Shown here: in pieces, positions 28,293 through 36,396 of the stretch | Position numbering within the stretch: the stretch's first letter is position 1 | Layout of the letters: every line of letters starts with the position of its first letter | From: a virus | Taxonomy: Duplodnaviria > Caudoviricetes | Virus record (IMG/VR): IMGVR_UViG_3300021964_000086 | Span: 1-55,302 of that record | Strand: one strand, 5' to 3' | Length of the DNA stretch: 55,302 bases | Program-made: the position numbers and the translations under genes | The notes under the pieces: generated by a model | Database searches by the model: none | What the model saw: the letters and a program-made list of their open reading frames with translations, nothing else | What the model was told of the DNA's origin: nothing

Positions 28293-28856
28293 TTATATTT
28301 TCTCCGGTATGTAATCTACTGATAAATCATAACCACCGTATGGATTTTCATTCATAGTAACTTTTTTTACACTAGGTTGTTTTTCAAAATATTCTTTCAT
28401 TGCTTCCTCGCCTAGTGTTCCTTTTTTAATCATTGTGTTTTTATCAAAATACTTTTTAGTTTTGTAATGTTTATTTTCCCAATTAGTATTACCTAAATGT
28501 CTAAATCTTTTTTTCCACACATCAGATAAAGTACCCACTCTTTTTATCCATGGTAAATTTTGAGGTATGTTATACCATATACCATCTTTAGATTCTTTTA
28601 CATTATCAGGATTTGTATAATATTTTTTACCATCTTTAGTTAACCAGTCATATATTTTTTTTGCAGGTGCTCTTATTATCTCACCTTCTCTAATATGACC
28701 AATTGTAGGTTTAACTTTGTAATCACCTGTACCTATAAAGTAAACCCAATCTTTATTTAACAAATTATCAATCTGTGATTCTCTTTGAGGAAAACTTACT
28801 ATGTATTTTGAATACATAAGTGTTTGAGTTTTAACCTCTACTCTTATAGTCTTCAT
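28293..28856 (-). CDS. Putative PD-(D/E)xK nuclease-like protein, apparently circularly permuted
   Basis: VEVKTQ at the N-terminus, KGTLGEE...GYDL at the C-terminus; start taken at MKTIRV after the hairpin. Confidence 0.5.
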   Translation of the reverse strand: MKTIRVEVKTQTLMYSKYIVSFPQRESQIDNLLNKDWVYFIGTGDYKVKPTIGHIREGEIIRAPAKKIYDWLTKDGKKYYTNPDNVKESKDGIWYNIPQNLPWIKRVGTLSDVWKKRFRHLGNTNWENKHYKTKKYFDKNTMIKKGTLGEEAMKEYFEKQPSVKKVTMNENPYGGYDLSVDYIPEKI

Positions 28857-28860
28857 AGAA

Positions 28861-28880
28861 GGTGGGGATTTCTCCCCACC
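28861..28880 (-). terminator. GAAA-tetraloop hairpin after the cobS-like gene
   Basis: GGTGGGGA-GAAA-TCCCCACC then TTCT. Confidence 0.55.
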
Positions 28881-28908
28881 CACGAGGTCTACATTATGAA
28901 CGATAGAT

Positions 28909-30081
28909 TTAAGCAAGGTCGCCCTCACTTTCCTCACTATCATTGGAAGGTCCTTGATTTAATTCGCTAATATCGACACCACTGTCAATCTTAGTGTATA
29001 GATCAAGGAAACTGTTTTTTGTGTCTTCGTCAAAACGATTTACACAAACCTCAACCGCTTTAAGTTTGTTCTTAAAGATGGCAAAAGCATTAACGATATG
29101 AACCAATCGTCTAGTGGCGATGATCTCATCTATACCACCATCGAAGAAAGTCTTACGAATAACCTCTGCCCACTTAACTAGGTTAGTAGTGTATTGAGTA
29201 TCTTTAAGACCATAATGGCTCATTACATTGTCTAAGATTTTTGTTTCAATCTTAGCAGAAGGATATGCCTGTTCAAAAGTCACAGGAAATCTTTCTAGAA
29301 ATGCCTCGTTAAGAATGTTGGTACCAATGAATCTACCGTCATCAGAACCTTTACCCTTAGTATTGGCGGTTGCGAAAATTTGAAACCCGTCTTTAGGTTC
29401 AACAAACTGACCTATCTTTTTAAGAAAGATACCATTACCTTCTAAGATTGGTTGTAAACACATAATCTTATTTGAGGCAAGGTCAATTTCGTCTAACAAT
29501 AACACGGCACCTTTTTTCATTGCATTGATAACAGGACCGTCATGCCAGACAGTTTCACCGTCTTGTAATCTGAAACCACCAAGTAAATCGTCTTCGTCAG
29601 TTTCGATTGTAATATTAACCCTAATCATTTCTCTAGAGAGTTCGGCACATGCCTGTTGAACACCAAGAGTTTTACCATTACCAGATAGACCAGTAATGAA
29701 TGTAGGATAAAAGATACCAGACTTAACAATGTTTTTGATATCTTTGTAATTACCAAAAGGCACAAAGGTGTCTTCTTTGTTAGGCACCAAGTTCTCAGTG
29801 GCACTTTCAGTAGTTTGAATTTGTTTAGAGATTTTTTGTTTAACCTCTGGTAGTGAAATTTCTTGTTTCACATTCTTAGAAGGATTTACAATACCATTCA
29901 CAGGCAATTTGTAAAGACCTCTAGATAATCTAAACTGAGGATTTTTGACTAACCACGCAGGTGCGTTTGGAATACCTAACGCAAGAGTGACCTCTCTAAT
30001 CTGTTGTCTAGTTACCGTGTCGGTACCAAATTTATCATGTATGGCTTTTACATAATTAATTTGTTTTTCATTTAGTTTCAT
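28909..30081 (-). CDS. MoxR/CobS-like AAA+ ATPase
   Basis: GLSGNGKT, LLLDEID, ATANTKGKG, NEAFLERF. Confidence 0.92.
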   Translation of the reverse strand: MKLNEKQINYVKAIHDKFGTDTVTRQQIREVTLALGIPNAPAWLVKNPQFRLSRGLYKLPVNGIVNPSKNVKQEISLPEVKQKISKQIQTTESATENLVPNKEDTFVPFGNYKDIKNIVKSGIFYPTFITGLSGNGKTLGVQQACAELSREMIRVNITIETDEDDLLGGFRLQDGETVWHDGPVINAMKKGAVLLLDEIDLASNKIMCLQPILEGNGIFLKKIGQFVEPKDGFQIFATANTKGKGSDDGRFIGTNILNEAFLERFPVTFEQAYPSAKIETKILDNVMSHYGLKDTQYTTNLVKWAEVIRKTFFDGGIDEIIATRRLVHIVNAFAIFKNKLKAVEVCVNRFDEDTKNSFLDLYTKIDSGVDISELNQGPSNDSEESEGDLA

Positions 30082-30108
30082 AATATAGCCTTTCTTAATT
30101 ATAGTTCC

Positions 30109-30137
30109 ATGCTATCAGGTCTTAACCCAAAAGTCAA
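30109..30137 (-). promoter_or_regulatory. Early promoter (CCTGA family)
   Basis: TTGACT-12nt-CCTGA-TAGCAT. Confidence 0.75.
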
Positions 30138-30205
30138 GGGAATATTTAATTTTTTTTGGTAGGTGCGACAATATTGACCAACTGTTGCAAAAATGCAACA
30201 CTTTT

Positions 30206-30220
30206 GTTCGTATTTTGTTC
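30206..30220. promoter_or_regulatory. Alphaproteobacterial-type LexA box
   Basis: GTTC-GTATTTT-GTTC (GTTC-N7-GTTC) in intergenic DNA. Confidence 0.5.
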
Positions 30221-30223
30221 TCA

Positions 30224-32491
30224 TTACGCAACCCTCTCAATAAATTTGTTTAAGAATATTCTAGACATTTTCTGTTGTTTAAAACCTTTAGAGAATATCT
30301 GTTTCATTTTACTTGCCGACATATCTGAAGTAATAACTGCCTCTTGACCTTGTATTCTCAGATTAGTTCTAGGCATTACAAATAATTCGTCATAACCAAT
30401 ATTCTGTTGTATCCAAACTTTGTTTTTTCTGATTTCTGCTTTCGCATCATCATATGCTTGATAACTTTGTTTGTTAGTAAAGTGGTTAATATCCCAATAG
30501 TTTAATTTTTTACCTGCGATATAATAACCAATCACAGTAGAACCTGTTTTCATTTTAAAGTATTCTAAAAAATGTTTGTGATAAGCGTGGAAATGAGTTT
30601 CTTTATGACCACCGTATTTGAAAGTATGAGTACCGTCTTTGATATTAATATCATACTGGTAAGTTTCTTTACCAACAATTTTACCATCAGTATCTTGAAT
30701 AGTCATCTTACCAGAAGTATGACCAGAGCCATCTGTTAAAAAGATAGTATTCATTTTTTGAATTTTGTGTTTTGATTGAAATTCATTTACTACATTGATT
30801 GCTTGATAGATTGCACTATCGAGTGGTGTGCCACCAAGTCTTAATGAGTGAGGACATTCAAATCTATCAGCAAATGGATCATAAGTACCATCGTTATATT
30901 CTTTTCTAGACATAGCATATGGCATGTAAGATTTAGCGATACCAAATAGATTTGCCATTGCCTCATTATATTTAACTGTCTTCATATCTGAATTTACAAA
31001 GTTTAATAATGATACATCTTCTAATATCAATTGACCTTCTTGATCATAATGATAAGGATATCTTTCATAATAGTTTCTAACTTCCCAACGATTGTATTGT
31101 TCTTTTTTGTTTGGTGTAAAGTTTGATCTGTTGTGATCTGAGAAAGCATAAACAGAGAATGGTATGTTTACTGCTTTACAGAACATTACTAGGTTCATAG
31201 TCTGAACGATAGTGTCATACATCTTGTCACCCATAGAACCAGACCAGTCAATGATCATAACCATACCGTGATTTTTTGCACCAGGTTCGATATTCATTCT
31301 GGCAAATATATCATCATTGTATTTGTAAGAGTGTAAAGCATTGGTATTAATTACACCAGTTCTAGCAGTTCTAGTCTTGATATAATTGTCTGCGGCTTTT
31401 CGCATCTCAAACTCTTTGACCATAAGATTTACAGTTCTCATTTGTTCTTGTTTGAATTGTTTAAACTCTTGTAATCTTTTTTCAAGAGGATAAGAAGTAT
31501 TTGCTTGATCAATCTTTAGTTTTAAATGTTCATAAGGAACAACAGCACTTTTACATTTAGGTAATGTCAAATAGATTTGTTCTTTTGTTTTTTCATCTAC
31601 TTTGGCAATAGATTTCTTTTGTTGTTCTAATGCTTCGTCAGTAATTGAGATATTACCTTTTGGTTTGTAACCACCTTCACCACTACCTAATGATTTTTGT
31701 TTTGCTGCGTGTTCTTGTTTTTCTTGATCGCCTTCTTCTTGTGAGGCACCCATTGTTTCGTTTTCATCTTCTGATTTATCATTATCAGATTCAGAAGAAG
31801 AAGAATTTTGTTGTTCTGGTTCTTGTTGTTCGTCTTGACCTTCTTGTGATTGTGATTGTTCTTCGTCTTCTCCCTCAACCAAATCACTAGACATATCATT
31901 TAATTGTGACTGCATTTCTTCTTGTTGTTCTTCGTCAAATTCTTCGTTTTCAGAATATGCATAAATGTCTTTTGTTAACTTAACTACATCAGACCAAGTG
32001 TTAAGATTATTTGATCTGGTAATAAATTCTTGTTCTTGTTCGTTAAATTCTATTTGTTGAGTAGTGCCTGATTTAGAAAAGATATTAAGTCTATCAATAA
32101 ATCGTAAACCATTAACATCTTTTTCTTTGATCATAAAGAAATCTTTTTCTACTAATTCATTGTAACCATTGAAATAAGATTTTCTTAAACCAGGATATTT
32201 GTTTTTCATTTTCTTATCAATACGAATGTCTTCAACAACATTAAAATAAGAATGTGGAATTTTATATTTCTTACTATCGAAATTTTGTGGAGTATATAAT
32301 GCGTGACCTACTTCGTGACCAACTAATAAATCATATAAGTCATTTGACATTTCTTCCCATATTGGAAGACATAATGTTCTAGTCTTAGGAATGAAATATG
32401 CTGTCTGTACTTTTTGATGAATAACATTAATGTTTTCAGTCGCAAGTAGTTTAGCAAGATTTGATTTTTGTGTTTTTGATATTTTGTTCAT
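30224..32491 (-). CDS. CobT-like protein: HExxH metallopeptidase-like domain, acidic linker and VWA domain
   Basis: HEVGHALYT, NVVEDIRI, Q/E/S-rich linker, MIDAS DWSGSM, GGTPL, FLTDG. Confidence 0.88.
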   Translation of the reverse strand: MNKISKTQKSNLAKLLATENINVIHQKVQTAYFIPKTRTLCLPIWEEMSNDLYDLLVGHEVGHALYTPQNFDSKKYKIPHSYFNVVEDIRIDKKMKNKYPGLRKSYFNGYNELVEKDFFMIKEKDVNGLRFIDRLNIFSKSGTTQQIEFNEQEQEFITRSNNLNTWSDVVKLTKDIYAYSENEEFDEEQQEEMQSQLNDMSSDLVEGEDEEQSQSQEGQDEQQEPEQQNSSSSESDNDKSEDENETMGASQEEGDQEKQEHAAKQKSLGSGEGGYKPKGNISITDEALEQQKKSIAKVDEKTKEQIYLTLPKCKSAVVPYEHLKLKIDQANTSYPLEKRLQEFKQFKQEQMRTVNLMVKEFEMRKAADNYIKTRTARTGVINTNALHSYKYNDDIFARMNIEPGAKNHGMVMIIDWSGSMGDKMYDTIVQTMNLVMFCKAVNIPFSVYAFSDHNRSNFTPNKKEQYNRWEVRNYYERYPYHYDQEGQLILEDVSLLNFVNSDMKTVKYNEAMANLFGIAKSYMPYAMSRKEYNDGTYDPFADRFECPHSLRLGGTPLDSAIYQAINVVNEFQSKHKIQKMNTIFLTDGSGHTSGKMTIQDTDGKIVGKETYQYDINIKDGTHTFKYGGHKETHFHAYHKHFLEYFKMKTGSTVIGYYIAGKKLNYWDINHFTNKQSYQAYDDAKAEIRKNKVWIQQNIGYDELFVMPRTNLRIQGQEAVITSDMSASKMKQIFSKGFKQQKMSRIFLNKFIERVA

Positions 32492-32503
32492 AATATACTG
32501 CTT

Positions 32504-32532
32504 ATGCTATCAGGTCTTGATCTATTTGTCAA
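32504..32532 (-). promoter_or_regulatory. Early promoter (CCTGA family)
   Basis: TTGACA-12nt-CCTGA-TAGCAT. Confidence 0.75.
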
Positions 32533-32589
32533 GGACAAAAAACTCTTATTTTTCAAGGGTTTAAGCAGGGTGCGACAATCCGCACACCC

Positions 32590-33273
32590 CTATTTTATCG
32601 CAATAACCCCATAAAAATTGAAGTTTTGCCAGAAAACATGTAAATCCTTGAAACCTGCGTCTTCACACATTTTAAACATTTCTGTTTTTGTGTTTGGTTT
32701 CATCATATGTCGTAATTGGACCTCTTTGTCTAAAATCTCTGTATCTGTAAAATGTTGTCTTTTATAATCATAATACATAAAAGTCATCATATCTTGAATT
32801 TTAGGATTACAACTAAAACTTTTTTCTGAGAAGATAAACGCACCACCATCATTCAAACCTTGATAAATTTTCCAGATTGTTCCTGCTCGATCTTTAGGTG
32901 GCATAAATTGTAATGTAAATAAAGAAGTCACTAAACTAGCATTTTCTATATCACATTGTCTAATGTCTTCCATTTTATAATAAAGATTATTCCATTCTGA
33001 TGATACCAGATCCTCTGCGTGACCATCAGCAAAATCTGATTCTATCTCTATACCAACATAAGTGGCATATGGCACATGTTCATTATTTTGTTTGATCATT
33101 GCCTTAAGCATTTTACCAGAACTACAACCTAGATCAACAACATTGGTATGATCTTCAACAAAATACTTAGACATGCTTACGACATCATGCCAGAGATTAT
33201 TATAACCTCTTACTGATTTTTCTATGTGGTTATCAAAACCTTCGCCTGCTGTTGCAAATGTAAATTTCGTCAT
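32590..33273 (-). CDS. cmoA: CmoA-like carboxy-S-adenosylmethionine synthase
   Basis: F..HI.KSV.GY, DLGCSSG, DIENAS, FTLQF, KIYQGLNDGGAFIFSEK, QNFNF match E. coli CmoA blocks as recalled; start MTKFTF (ATGA overlap). Confidence 0.85.
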   Translation of the reverse strand: MTKFTFATAGEGFDNHIEKSVRGYNNLWHDVVSMSKYFVEDHTNVVDLGCSSGKMLKAMIKQNNEHVPYATYVGIEIESDFADGHAEDLVSSEWNNLYYKMEDIRQCDIENASLVTSLFTLQFMPPKDRAGTIWKIYQGLNDGGAFIFSEKSFSCNPKIQDMMTFMYYDYKRQHFTDTEILDKEVQLRHMMKPNTKTEMFKMCEDAGFKDLHVFWQNFNFYGVIAIK

Positions 33274-34070
33274 ACTGCCTTTCCCCAATACTGACATATT
33301 CCTGCTACGGACTTATATCTGTTATTTGGATTTATTCTACTATTATTTAGCAATGTTTCAAATCGCTTGTCTATTCCTGCACCTAATTGTAAATTAATAT
33401 GTTTCTTGAAATTAAACTTCTTAAATTCAATAAAGTCATTTACGACATGATGCTTCTGGAATGGTTCATTCAACTCATACCAATTCTTACTGTAAAAGAA
33501 ATCTCTTACTGCTTTCGATAGATATGGTGTAATAAATTTTTTATTGTGTTTATCTGCAACACCTTTGTGCCATAGATAACCAGCAGACTTATCTGGTAAA
33601 AAATAATCATTTCTAAATTCATCAAACTTTTCTTTTGTCTTGCCTTTTGTGTAATGTAGTATTGCTCTTTTTGATATACCATAATAACCATCAGCTGCCC
33701 AACCACTCAATACATCATTTTGTTTTATCTCTGGATACAAATACATAAATGGAAATACACACTCAAAATGTGTTTTCTTTTTACAGTTATAATCTTTTGC
33801 TAATCTAAAAAAGTCTTCTTCTAAATTATTCGTTGGTACCACTTTCAATGTAAATGGCCACTTAAATATTTGTGCCACCTCAGCAGCCTTATCACTATCA
33901 TAACTAGAATTTGTATCTAAACAAAAAGAATAGGCATGAACTTTCTTTCCTAACTCGTGTGCTGCAAAAGCAACACTTAAACTATCTACACCACCAGATA
34001 GTAATACAGCAACTTCATCTTCTTTTGATTGTGCTTCGATAACTCTTTTTAGTATTTGTCTAATCACCAT
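33270..34070 (-). CDS. Asparagine-synthetase-C-terminal-like ATP-dependent amide ligase (no glutaminase domain)
   Basis: PP-loop VAVLLSGGVDS, LSGWAADGYYG, TPYL. Confidence 0.8.
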   Translation of the reverse strand: MVIRQILKRVIEAQSKEDEVAVLLSGGVDSLSVAFAAHELGKKVHAYSFCLDTNSSYDSDKAAEVAQIFKWPFTLKVVPTNNLEEDFFRLAKDYNCKKKTHFECVFPFMYLYPEIKQNDVLSGWAADGYYGISKRAILHYTKGKTKEKFDEFRNDYFLPDKSAGYLWHKGVADKHNKKFITPYLSKAVRDFFYSKNWYELNEPFQKHHVVNDFIEFKKFNFKKHINLQLGAGIDKRFETLLNNSRINPNNRYKSVAGICQYWGKAV

Positions 34071-34963
34071 TAAAACCCTGGAAGTGTTGCTCCACTATTA
34101 ACTAATTTTTTAACTGCGGCATTGCGTGAATTTGCACCAGTCATTAACATTAATTTTTCTTCCACAACTTCAAATATTCCTGTGCCGTATTCCATTACTG
34201 TTCTTTTTACTTTGTTTGGTTCATAACCCATGTATTTTATTACTTCTTTTGGAAAAGTTTTTTTATGTGGTTCTGCATAACTATAATGTAAATCATTAAC
34301 CCACCTTAATATATCTGGATTTTTAAAAGCCATAATTGGGTTTGCACCAAGTTCATTAGCAACTTCTAAAAACAAATGTCCTGAACCTTTTTTTGCACCT
34401 TTTGATTGTATTGCCTCTGCGTAATAATTTTGTTTAAGAATTGTTTTAGCAGTATCTTTATCTACATTATGTTCTTTCATTGCTTGAGGTGTTAATCTAT
34501 ACATAAAGGTTTGTAGAGAACCTAGCAGTGTATCTGCACCATCGCCTTGAATTAAATCAACACCTTTAACATCAATTTTTTCAAGACACAATTTAAATGT
34601 TAAATAATATACTACATTAAATAGTGTTGTGATACTTTGATGTCCTTTAATTAAATGTAAGTTATCCATTACTTCTTCTAATGTGGTCAAAACAAGTTTA
34701 TTATTAATACCTAATTTTTCTGCTGTGTCTTGTGACACTTTAACATCATGAGTATCCTTAACTACACCTACTGTAATTGAATCTTTTAAACCAAAATATT
34801 TTTTTGCTATACAACCCAACAACATTGAATCAACTCCACCTGATAACATTAAGACAGGAGGTTTGTTTTTAAATTTTCTATCTCGATTAATAATAAATTT
34901 CAAATCATTAATCAACTTTATGGCACCTTCTTCGTAAGTATCAAATTTAATTATTTCTCTCAT
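34070..34963 (-). CDS. Second asparagine-synthetase-like amide ligase
   Basis: PP-loop LMLSGGVDS, IQGDGADTLLG. Confidence 0.8.
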   Translation of the reverse strand: MREIIKFDTYEEGAIKLINDLKFIINRDRKFKNKPPVLMLSGGVDSMLLGCIAKKYFGLKDSITVGVVKDTHDVKVSQDTAEKLGINNKLVLTTLEEVMDNLHLIKGHQSITTLFNVVYYLTFKLCLEKIDVKGVDLIQGDGADTLLGSLQTFMYRLTPQAMKEHNVDKDTAKTILKQNYYAEAIQSKGAKKGSGHLFLEVANELGANPIMAFKNPDILRWVNDLHYSYAEPHKKTFPKEVIKYMGYEPNKVKRTVMEYGTGIFEVVEEKLMLMTGANSRNAAVKKLVNSGATLPGF

Positions 34964-34969
34964 TTTGTT

Positions 34970-36088
34970 TTATAATCTCCTTAAAACATTCTCATATATG
35001 TTGTTAGATAATGCTTTCATCATTAGTGGTGCAACCATACGACCAACTCTTTCTGCTTGTTGATCAAAATCCCCTTGTAATTTAAAGTCATCTGGTAAAC
35101 CCATTACTCTCTTTAATTCTTTAATTGTTAATTTACGATTACTGTCATAATGAAACACACCAGACAGACCTTTCTTTTGCCCTGCCTGTGTAAGTGTTGG
35201 GCAAGGTAGATCAGGTGCTGGTCGTATCATATTAAACATAGATTGTTTAGGATTGATATCTATAAATTCAGGATCACTAGGTTTTCTATGTTTGTCTGGA
35301 CTGAAAGGTAATAACTCAATCCACTTCTTTTGAAAACTACCTTGCACAAAATCTAATAACATTTGTACTTCTTCAGGATCGTTTTCTAAATCTTCTATTG
35401 CTTCTCTTAATGTTGGTTGTTTTGATTGTGGTTCTGGATATATGATACTATCCATATTCATAAAGTTAATACCAACTTTCTCCATGATATCATTTCTAAC
35501 TGCAACGAAGAAACATCTCTTTCTTGCCTGTGGTGTTCCATAGTCTGCGGCGTTTAACACTTTACCAACTGCTTCATAACCAATACTATCAAATTCATTT
35601 ACAATACGATTAAAATATTCTTTTGCCTTACCCATGGTGATACCCGCAACATTCTCACCAATGATAACTTTTGCCTGAACATCTTTTGCAACTCTTGTAA
35701 ACTCAAAGAATAGGTCTTCAATGTTATCAACTTGTTTATCGTCTGAATACTTTTTAGTTTTATCCCAACCCTTTTCTCTTTTGCCTGCAACACTAAAAGC
35801 ACTACAAGGTGGCGAACCATCAAGTATATCTAACTCGCCTTGTTGTATTCCTGCGGCCTTGAGTAAATCATGACCAGTCAGTTCTTTAATATCGTTAGGT
35901 AATATTGGCGTATCAGGATAATTAGATTTATATGTATCAATTGCACTTTCAACAAATTCATTAACTGCAAGTATATTACCACCTGCAAGTTTATAACCTG
36001 TTGAAGACCCACCACCTCCTGCAAATGTTGATATTACAGTAAATAGTTTGCGATCTGCTGATTTATATACATCTTCTAAAAAATACAT
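34970..36088 (-). CDS. C5-cytosine methyltransferase-fold enzyme, probable DNA carboxymethyltransferase (paralog 2)
   Basis: FAGGGG, GSPPCSAFS, ENV, PQARKR; motif X ERVGRMVAP. Confidence 0.87.
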   Translation of the reverse strand: MYFLEDVYKSADRKLFTVISTFAGGGGSSTGYKLAGGNILAVNEFVESAIDTYKSNYPDTPILPNDIKELTGHDLLKAAGIQQGELDILDGSPPCSAFSVAGKREKGWDKTKKYSDDKQVDNIEDLFFEFTRVAKDVQAKVIIGENVAGITMGKAKEYFNRIVNEFDSIGYEAVGKVLNAADYGTPQARKRCFFVAVRNDIMEKVGINFMNMDSIIYPEPQSKQPTLREAIEDLENDPEEVQMLLDFVQGSFQKKWIELLPFSPDKHRKPSDPEFIDINPKQSMFNMIRPAPDLPCPTLTQAGQKKGLSGVFHYDSNRKLTIKELKRVMGLPDDFKLQGDFDQQAERVGRMVAPLMMKALSNNIYENVLRRL

Positions 36089-36094
36089 AATGTG

Positions 36095-36123
36095 AGTATA
36101 TCAGGTTATTACAGATTTGTCAA
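36095..36123 (-). promoter_or_regulatory. Early promoter of the modification operon (leaderless)
   Basis: TTGACA-12nt-CCTGA-TATACT-6nt-ATG. Confidence 0.8.
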
Positions 36124-36396
36124 GGACGAAAAAGTCTTTAGTTTTTCACGCTTTTTCTTCACCCTTGTCTCAATATCTTCATATTTTACTAACCCCTTTT
36201 CTTCAAGTAATTGCAACATACACATAACATCACCTGCTTCTTTTGTAAGATTTTGTAAGGCATCTGTGTCAAATTGAGGTTGAGTACCAAATCTTACGAT
36301 TTTCATACATTCTTGGGTTAGTTCACCACATTCTTCAGCCATAATGGCAAGAAGTTCTGTTCGTTCTTGTACTGTCATTTTGGGTCTAAGTTTCAT
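36109..36396 (-). CDS. MazG-like nucleotide pyrophosphohydrolase
   Basis: MAEECGELTQ...KEAGDV. Confidence 0.75.
   Translation of the reverse strand: MKLRPKMTVQERTELLAIMAEECGELTQECMKIVRFGTQPQFDTDALQNLTKEAGDVMCMLQLLEEKGLVKYEDIETRVKKKREKLKTFSSLTNL

Noticed and set aside
31700-31960. Repetitive TTC/TTG-rich DNA
   Set aside because: It encodes the acidic Q/E/S linker of the CobT-like protein and is not a repeat element.
28909-32491. CobS/CobT as cobalamin-biosynthesis auxiliary genes
   Set aside because: No CobN or other cob genes are present. The MoxR-AAA plus VWA pair is widespread in T4-like marine phages and is more likely a chaperone.
33270-34963. PP-loop proteins as QueC (7-deazaguanine pathway) or true asparagine synthetase
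   Set aside because: There is no QueC Zn-binding Cys cluster, no queD/queE/folE/dpdA in the window and no glutaminase domain. The context favours amide ligases.
20143-36088. MTases as ordinary Dcm-like 5mC enzymes
   Set aside because: Both have Arg in place of the motif X Asn and co-occur with CmoA. Plain methylation is disfavoured but not excluded without an assay.
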